From Octopus vulgaris (Eukaryota): a stretch of 64,000 nucleotides of DNA. The stretch lies in assembly GCA_951406725.2 (NCBI GenBank), contig OX597814.1, forward strand, positions 105,400,001-105,464,000, written 5' to 3'. Below the pieces are notes generated by a model. The model was not told the origin of the DNA. It did not search any database and saw only the letters and a list, made by a program, of their open reading frames with translations. Position numbers and translations under genes: made by a program. Every line of letters begins with the position of its first letter. Positions within the stretch are counted from its first letter, which is position 1. Positions 55,773-64,000 of this stretch are shown here, piece after piece.

Positions 55773-56397
55773 GTGTGTATGTATGTATGTATGTATGTAT
55801 GTATGTATGTATGTATGTATGTATGTATGTATGTATGTATGAATGTATGTATGTATGTATGTATGTATGTATGCATGTATGTATGCTTTCATCTATGTGT
55901 GTGTGTGTGTACGTGTAACTTACCATTCGTTGTGTAGATTTTTTTGCATAATCATGCTAACAACATTTCCTTACCATTCGTAAAATGAATTTCAAACAAA
56001 AAGCAAATCCGTAAAACACTTAATTTGGCCGAAAATTACTTTGTGTGACGGATGTTGTTTCCTGCTAAGACTGACATATCATTCTAGTGGCACCGACCGT
56101 TTTTGAATTGACACTTCCTCTTCAAGTCAAGGCGATTTACCAAAACAGGAACTCCAGCACTCTATCATAAGAGTTCGTCCTCATAAGAATTCCATCGGAA
56201 GCCGTCACTGTCATTGTTATCCTGCTGCCACACCAGACACTTTTTCCTCAGACAAAATGCTGAACGGATAACGTTTTTATCGAGCTTTGAGTTCATGGCG
56301 AAACATTTTTCTTCATAACAAATATATACACACATATATATATATATATATACATGCGTGTTTGCGTGTGCGCGTGAGTATGTGTGCGTTTATGCTT

Positions 56398-56580
56398 GCG
56401 GCGAGCTGGCAGAAACGTTAGCACGCCGGACGAAATGCTTAGCCGTATTTCGTCTGCGTTACGTTGTGAGTTCAGATTCCGCCGAGGTCGACTTTGCCTT
56501 TCATCCTTTCGGGGTCGATAAATTAAGTACCACTGGGGTCGATGTAATCGACTTAATACCTATGTCTGTTCTTGTTTGTC
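56398..56580 (+). mobile_element. SINE family B
   Basis: gcggcgagctggcagaaacgttagcacgccgg...gccgaggtcgactttgcctttcatcctttcggggtcgataaa. Confidence 0.85.
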
Positions 56581-56830
56581 TATGTCAGTGTGTGTGTAGA
56601 TAAACAGATATGTGTGTGTGTTTATGTGAGTGTGGGTGTGTGTGTTTATGCTTGTGTTGTGTGTGTATGCGTGTGTGAGTGTGTGTCTATGTCGGTGTGT
56701 GTGTAGATAAACGGATATGTGTGTATGTTTATGTTTGTGTTGGTGTGTGTGTGTATGTGTATGTGAGTGTGTGTCTATGTCAGTGTGTGTGTAGATAAAC
56801 AGCTATATGTATGTGTGTGTGTGTGTGTAA
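56578..56830 (+). repeat. Three ~90-105 bp TG-rich minisatellite units
   Basis: gtctatgtcRgtgtgtgtgtagataaac recurs near 56578, 56685 and 56773. Confidence 0.8.
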
Positions 56831-57095
56831 AAATATACACATATATTGGTTTCCGGTAAAAAGACATGGTCACGTGATATAACCCTCAAACTGACCCCAG
56901 TCTGGAAAACCAGGATCAATGATTTAGTCATCATTTCGTAATTGGGTTCTTTCGATGTTCATTTCATTAATTGTTCTTGTTGTTGTTGCTGCTGCTGCTG
57001 GGGCAGTGGACTGGAAGAGTTGTAAAAGCGCCGGACTAAATACCTTGCTATATTTATTCTGCGCTCGAACTTCCATCGCGATCAACATTGCAGAC

Positions 57096-57174
<79 letters not shown>

Positions 57175-57223
57175 TGTATGTATGTATCTATGTATCTATG
57201 TATGTATGTATGTATGTGTGTAT

Positions 57224-58403
57224 GGATCATGGTATGATATGCCACAAACTGCGTGACCTTGGCATAGCTAGAAAACTTGGAGAGTGGTTACACGACTTCC
57301 TGAAAGATAGGAGTCAGGCAGTAGTGGCTAATGGAGCCACCTCTATGAACACACAAATAGTGAGCGATGTTCCACAGGGCACTCTCTTGGGACCACTGCT
57401 TTTTATAGTGGCCCTCTCAGATATGTCACCCTTGCAATCTATGCAGATGATACGAAAGTCTCGCAGAAAATACAGAACCACAGCGATGTTGCACACCTGC
57501 AGCAGGAGTTGGACTCAATTTACAGATGGGTTGAGGATAATAATATTCAGTTTAATGCTGAAAAATTCTAAGCCCTACGCTACCAGCATTCAAAACTGAA
57601 TATGAAACATACAGGGTACACCGGTCCACAGGGAATTTCAATCCCAGAGCCTAAGTCAGTGAGGGACCTGGGTATTGACATGAGTGATGATACCTCTTTC
57701 CAAATGCACATTACCAGGATGGCGACAAAGTGCAGATGACTGGCTGAATGGATCCTAAGAACATTCAGAACCAGAGATAAGGAGACCATGATGGTCCACT
57801 GGCGGACATTCATCCTCAGCCGCCTGGATTACTGCTCACAGCTATGGTCACCCACCAGTGTGAAATTAACAGGGACCTTGAAGCAATCCAAAGAAGACTC
57901 ACAAAGAAGATCGTCTCCTTGCAACAGCTCAGCTACTGGGAAAGATTGAAACAGTTAAGACTCTACTCCCTGGAGAGAAGACGGGAGAGGTATGCAGTAA
58001 TATATATCTGGAAAATCCTAGAAGGAATTGTGCCAAATTTTGGCATTGAAAGCTACACCAATGCCAGAACGGGACGACACTGCATGGTGTCAAAGGTCCC
58101 AGCAATGCCATCACGCTTCAGGACCAGTTACTGCAACAGCCTGGGTTTCAAGGGGCCACAGCTTTTTAATATTCTCCCAAAGAGTCTGAGGAACTTGCAC
58201 AAAGTAGATGTAGGGGTTTTTAAATCAAAGCTAGACCTCTTCCTGTCGAGATTCCCAGATGAACCTACCTCAAGAGGTGCAAATGAGGGTAGCTATATCA
58301 AAATCCATGCTTCACCAAGTGCCACATATTAGAGGAGGTTCTTAGTAATAACAGTGTAGCAAAACGGCGGTGCATCAGCATGGCCACAGCCCTGAGCTGA
58401 AAC
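57224..58403 (+). mobile_element. 5'-truncated, disrupted CR1-clade LINE (RT to 3' end)
   Basis: DHG...FLKDRSQAV...VPQGTLLGPLLF; YADDTK in a shifted frame; VRDLG; RLDYCSQLW; YWERLKQLRLYSLERRRERY; FKSKLD. Stops and frameshifts. Confidence 0.9.
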
Positions 58404-58446
58404 TAGAGGGGGAAAATATATAAATATACATATATATATATTGTAT

Positions 58447-58451
<5 letters not shown>

Positions 58452-58528
<77 letters not shown>

Positions 58529-58540
58529 TATTATTATTAT
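58452..58540 (+). repeat. (TAA)n, then short (TTA)n, 5' flank of the R4/Dong element
   Basis: Direct observation. Confidence 0.95.
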
Positions 58541-60201
58541 ATATGGATGACCTAAAACTATACGCTGCAAATGACAAACAGCTGGAAACACTATTAAAGA
58601 CAGTTCATGGATTTACCAAAGAAATAGATATGAAATTTGGATTAGAAAAATGCGCCAAAGTAACCATGAAAAGAGGAAAACTAGTTAAGAGTAACAACAT
58701 CACACTAGATGAAGCAAATGAAATAAAAGAATTAGACCAAAGCCAAACTTACAAATACTTAGGAATCCATGAACTAGATAAGACACAACACACACAAATG
58801 AAAGAGAAAATAAAAAAAGAATATTATAGACGAGTTAGATCAATACTAAACACAGAGCTCAATGCTAAAAACAAGATAATAGGTATCAACACTTTAGCTG
58901 TCCCAGTTATAAGTTACAGCTACAATATCCTTAACTGGACACGAAATGAACTGACCAAAATAGACAGGAAAACAAGAAAAATAATGACAGGATCTAGGAT
59001 GCATCACCCAAAATCTGACATAGAAAGACTATATATACAACGTATAGAAGGTGGTAGAGGCCTTATACAGCTGGAAAACTACTATAAAATAACCACCATA
59101 GGACTGCAAAAATATCTACTTCAGAAGGAAGGAAAACTGATCCAGATAGCGGCAAAACACGAGCAAAACAAAAAACTGTTCTCAGTATTTAAGGAAGCTG
59201 ACAAATACAAACAAGAAATCATACCACCTAATAAACAAGAAGAAGAAGAAGAAGAAGATGAAGAAACAACAAAAGCTATAAAAAAAATGAAATCCAAACT
59301 AAAAATAGAACAGCAATGAACCATGATAAAACGATGGCAAGAAAAGCCCCTTCATGGTAAATACTGGACTAAACTAAACGCAAAAGAAATAGACAAAGAA
59401 AAATCCCAGCAATGGTTGAGAAGCTCAGGACTCAAAGCAGAAACAGAGGGATTTTTAATTGCAGCACAAGACCAAAGCCTCCCCACCAGGAATTACCAAA
59501 AACATGTAATGAAAAGAAATATTACAAGTAACTGCAGAATATGTGGAGATGGACAAGAAACAATAAATCATATTATCTCTAGCTGCCCAGTCCTGGCTAA
59601 GAAGGAATATATTCACAGACACGACAGAGTTGGAACTTACATACATTGGAAGCTATGCCAACATTATGGAATAACAACAGAAAAAAGATGGTATAGGCAC
59701 ACACCAGAAAAGGTCACAGAAAACGAGAAAGCAACCATACTCTGGGATATGCCGATACACACAGATAGAGAAATTAAGGCCAACAGACCAGATATAGTTG
59801 TCAGAGACCATGAAGAAAAAAATGCTTTCTAATTGATGTATCAGTACCGGCAGATGACAACGTGTCTCTAAAAGAAATGGAGAAACTCTCAAAATACAAA
59901 GACCTGGAAATAGAGGTAACTAGAATGTAGAATCTGAAAACAGAAACAATTCCTATCATAGTAGGTGCATTAGGCATGATAAAAAAATATTCAGACAAAT
60001 ACATAACAAAAACACCAGGACTTACAAACACATATAACATACAGAAAATTGCACTACTAGGCACTGCACACATCCTACGCAGAACACTTTCCATACAATA
60101 ACCATCAGAGCATCACAACAAATCACAGCACATACCCAAGGCACACAGAGCTGCGCTCGGTAGTGAAGTGAAAGCACGCTATAAAAATAAAAATAAAACT
60201 A

Positions 60202-60204
<3 letters not shown>
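58541..60204 (+). mobile_element. 5'-truncated R4/Dong-clade non-LTR retrotransposon (RT C-half, CCHC knuckle, RLE)
   Basis: YMDDLKLYA, FGLEKCA, YKYLG, GGRGL, CRICGDGQETINHIISSC, RHD, ANRPDIV, LIDVSVP, KLSKYKDL. TGA stop at 59317, frameshift near 59820, TAG near 59928. Confidence 0.93.

Positions 60205-60276
<72 letters not shown>
60205..60276 (+). repeat. (AAT)n 3' flank or tail
   Basis: Direct observation. Confidence 0.95.
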
Positions 60277-60277
<1 letters not shown>

Positions 60278-60363
60278 TACAACAAAATAATTAGACCTCG
60301 ATATTAGGTAAATAGAGAATTATTTATATATGAATATGTAGTATAATTTAGGATAAACAGTAA

Positions 60364-60441
60364 GTTGTCATTATAGTACTCGGAGTTTCGAATGTCGGAG
60401 CGAAGAGCTACGATACATTCTCGTCGGCTATTAATGACAAC
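60364..60441 (-). ncRNA. Type I hammerhead ribozyme (U4C core variant)
   Basis: Minus strand: GTTGTCATTAATAG (stem I), CCGACGA, GAATGT...ACATTC (stem II, 19-nt loop), GAAA, CTCCGAG, TA, then CTATAATGACAAC (stem I'). Confidence 0.75.
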
Positions 60442-60614
60442 AGATGTTATGAAAAACCGTTGAATAAAAGGGAAGTTACTCTAATAGGTAGGAAAAAAAT
60501 ACGACAAAAAATACACGCAAACATATTCTCACAATATAGAGACATAAAACCAGTCAGCATCATTAGACTGTGGCCGGAATAATGGAATAGAAGCTTTATA
60601 TATATATATATATT

Positions 60615-60842
60615 TCTTTACTGCCCACAAGGGGCTAAACATAGAGGGGACAAACAAGGATAGACAAACGGATTAAGTCGATTATATTGACCCCAGTGCA
60701 AAACTGGTACTTTATTTATCGACCCCGAAAGGATGAAAGGCAAAGTCGACCTCGGCGGAATTTGAACTCAGAACGTAACGGCAGACGATATACGGCTACG
60801 CATTTGGCCCGGCGTGCTAACGTTTCTGCCAGCTCACCGCCT
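60615..60842 (-). mobile_element. SINE family B, near full length
   Basis: tRNA-like head GGCGGTGAGCTGGCAG...GAGTTCAAATTCC. Central GCCTTTCATCCTTTCGGGGTCGATAAA resembles, from memory, the Meta-SINE domain. Ends cccttgtgggcagtaaagaaa. Confidence 0.85.
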
Positions 60843-60845
60843 TTA

Positions 60846-61633
60846 TATATAGATATAGGGTAATGGTACAACACGCAGCAATATTCACTGAAAATAGCAG
60901 ACGATGATATACGACGCTATAGTAAAGCTTCAATGTGTGTATATACTTTTCTATTCCTGAGCGTTATACTAATACATCTGTCTTCGTCTTTTGTTTTTTT
61001 TTTTCGTAAACTTTCCCTATATAAATATATATATATATATATATAGTGGTAAAGTGGTTTTGCGGTCGGCGAACATAAAAAATTTCATCTTACCTGTAAG
61101 AAGAACATTAAATAAATGTACAACCCAGATGTGGATAATCTAGGACCGAGGTTTCAAACTTTCCAAATTAGGTTTGTTGACGTAAATTTCATTAGTTCTC
61201 TTCGGTGCTTTGTTTTTCTGGGAAGTAATACTACTGTATTGCACTATTTAATAAATTTCTCTTTGGAAACTTTTTCGCTGTTCTCAGTCTGTTAAAAGCC
61301 AGGCGTTCAGACGAGTAAATACTGGCATTGACGTAGCGATATTTGAAATTCTGTCTAAGTGAATCTAGCCAAAGAGAGTTAATCAAATTTATGTTAACAA
61401 ACGTAATTTGGAAAGTTCAAAACCTCGGTCCTATTTCATCTACATCTGGGACATACATTTATTTAATGTTCTTCCTACAGGTAAGATGGAAATTTTTATG
61501 TTCGCCGCTCGCAAACATCTTTGCCAGTATATATATATATATACAGTGAAGCTTTGCTATAGTGCCGTATATTATCGACTGCTATCTCCAGTAAATACTG
61601 ATGTATTGTTGTACCACGATCCTATATTTATAC
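60846..61633. repeat. Long diverged inverted repeat (foldback element)
   Basis: 61068-61202 pairs with 61372-61506; 60853-60935 pairs with about 61540-61627. Spacer about 170 bp. Confidence 0.85.
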
Positions 61634-62049
61634 TTTAAACTGATGGTGCCTTGTTTCAATTTTCTTCTGTTCGAGTTGCCCATCCCACTCAAAAGGTCCC
61701 TGAATGAGGATTGTTTAAGGATGTTGAACGAACCACTCATGTTCCCAACGGTGAATTATCCATATCTCTAAGAATTCCTCTCAACACATGGCTATGATGC
61801 TCCCCCACTACTTCTGCTCGTGATCAGAGATGCACGTGTCGTCAGCCACCAAGAGACATGCTCAACTGGTTAAGGTCAAACAACTGACAAGCAAATCTAC
61901 GGTATTGAGCAGAATATTTGCTGTAGCCCATCTTTTATACCAAGACAAAACAATGTACATGATAACACTTCCAATCAGTTAAGATCAGAAGCCACGAGAG
62001 CCACTGTCTGGTACTGCATCAGGGCATTTGTTATTATTATTATTATTTT

Positions 62050-62128
62050 AAGAGGTGTTACCTTAGTTCACTGGTAGTGAACAGCTGACACCGTAGTACA
62101 TCTCCAGCGTTAGAAGCTGTACAAAGGC
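62050..62128 (+). mobile_element. R4/Dong 3' UTR remnant followed by (TAA)n
   Basis: Reverse complement of 34188-34267. Confidence 0.75.
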
Positions 62129-62250
62129 TATGATAATAATAATAATAATAATAATAATAAAATGATAATAATAATAATGATTTTTTTTAAATAATAATAA
62201 TTATTATTATTATCATTATTATGATTATTATTATGATTATTATTAGTAGT

Positions 62251-62327
<77 letters not shown>

Positions 62328-62549
62328 CATCATCATCATCATCATCAACATCATCATCATCCTCATCATCCTCATCATCATCATCATCACAATGGCTGCC
62401 AATATTTATATTGGTAGAATATTGCTCGGGATGTTGTTTTCTTGTTAATGCTTTTGCTTCCATCTGGATAAAAGTTATGCATGAAATAGAACAGGTGGGA
62501 CAACTGTTCCTTTCAGATCATATTCTTCTCCTTTTCACCGTTCCACCCC

Positions 62550-62592
<43 letters not shown>

Positions 62593-63199
62593 GCATTCTT
62601 CCTGTTTATGGAAAGAAAATCTTTTACAAATGGAAAACTTGATGCCTTACAAAAATTTCAATAACAACAAACTTACCATAAACTTCCGTTATCTCCTGCT
62701 GAGTATTGAACTCATGAACTTGATGTTTGATCTCAAATTTCCTACCTACAGTTTCCTACTTCACACAATATTTTTATACTCGGCGTATCTTTTCTCGTGA
62801 GTCCACAGTCGATTTCCAGTTCATTTTCCGTCAATGCGACCTCGGAACATACTCAGAAGAGCTGGAAAAATGAAGTTTATTGGAATTGCAGTGTCTGCTT
62901 GATATTATAGGGTTTCACGGGGACAGTAGTAATCATTACCTTTAAAAGTCCTTAGAGCAGGAACAGTTGTCGTAATTTTCACAGGTCCTAACAACGTTGA
63001 CTGCTTGTCATTACTTTTAATGTTCCTAACTTCAGAGACAGTCATTACCTATAGCGTTCTTAATAGCAGTGGTTACTCATCATTACCTTTAAAGTTCCTA
63101 ACAACCTGGTGAGTAAAGTGATAGCATGTTGTCACAGGAAATGCGACTGTCCCATGAAAAGTAAGAATGCTACTGTTATTTACCCTATGACAGACAAAC

Positions 63200-63372
63200 G
63201 GGTTAAGTCAATTACATCGACCCAGTGCGTAACTGGTACTAAATTCATCGACCCCGAAAGGATGAAAGGCAAAGTCGACCTCGGCGGAATTTGAACCCAG
63301 AACGTAACGGCAGACGAAATACGGCTGCGCATTTCGCCCGGCGTGCTAACGTTTCTGCCAGCTTGCCGCCTT
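63200..63372 (-). mobile_element. SINE family B
   Basis: Highly similar to 60670-60842. Confidence 0.85.
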
Positions 63373-63680
63373 GACCTGCTCGCCGCCTTATATTTAGAAA
63401 TATATTACTTCAAACTATTGAGTGTCGTTATTTACCAACTTATTGATGATTAAACGTTAAATGGTTGATACATCCATCAGAAACTAAGGTTGCATTGAAA
63501 TTCCGAACGGGCGAAAAGTATTGCTCGGGGTGTTCAGTCGTAGATGTGTGATGTGATTAGAATAGGGACGACGAGAGGCGACGGCTGATGCGAGTGGACT
63601 GGGTGCAAGGGTGTGCAAAGGGTGGATTTAGGAGAGTAGGAACTATGGCAGCGGCGGTGGCGATGGTGGTGGTGGTGGTG

Positions 63681-63893
63681 AGAAGAAGAAGAAGAAGAAG
63701 AAGAAGAAGAAGAAAGGAAGAAAAAGAAGAAAGAGAAGAAGAAGAAGAAGAAGAAGAAGAAGAAGAAGAAGAATGAAGAAAGGAAGAAGAAGAAGAAAAA
63801 GAAGAAGAAGAAGAAGAAGAAGAAGAAGAAGAAGAAGAAGAAGAAGAAGAAGAAGAAGAAGAAGAAGAAGAAGAAGAAGAAGAAGAAGAAGAA
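63681..63893 (+). repeat. (GAA)n microsatellite
   Basis: Direct observation. Confidence 0.95.
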
Positions 63894-63894
63894 T

Positions 63895-64000
63895 GTAAAT
63901 ACTGGACTAAACTAAACGCAAAAGAAATAGACAAAGAAAAATCCCAGCAATGGTTGAGAAGCTCAGGACTCAAAGCAGAGACAGAGAGATTTTTAATTGC
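63895..64000 (+). mobile_element. Start of another 5'-truncated copy of the R4/Dong element, continuing beyond the window
   Basis: Near-identical to 59357-59462 (KYWTKLNAKEIDKEKSQQWLRSSGLKAETE). Confidence 0.9.

Noticed and set aside
58543-59832. Intact functional RT gene or programmed readthrough at TGA 59317
   Set aside because: The element is 5'-truncated at YMDD and has a further frameshift and stop; ordinary decay (likely CGA to TGA) is simpler.
62934-63110. CRISPR array
   Set aside because: Eukaryotic context, degenerate repeats, linkers too short and no cas genes.

Overview
Eukaryotic, AT-rich, microsatellite-saturated non-coding DNA. The repeat style ((TA)n, (GATA)n, (TATG)n, (TAA)n and abundant tRNA-derived SINEs) suggests a cephalopod, probably Octopus; this is an inference. 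I can support no host protein-coding gene, and almost all listed ORFs are translations of simple repeats. Recognisable content is transposon-derived: R4/Dong-type RLE LINEs (largest 58541-60204, embedded in (TAA)n), two tandem Tx1/L1-like 3' ends in (GATA)n, CR1, RTE and Penelope-like RT relics, Tc1/mariner relics, a Helentron-type non-autonomous element and several SINE families. The most interesting signal is RNA-structural. Several short non-coding elements carry type I hammerhead ribozyme folds. The best is a young, near-identical 360-bp unit at 30396-31323, arranged as one inverted copy plus 1.5 direct copies in (TA)n, resembling a retrozyme or Penelope pseudo-LTR. A second well-formed hammerhead lies at 60364-60441 (minus). 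All calls come from reading by eye; no searches or folding programs were run, and boundaries of degenerate elements are approximate.
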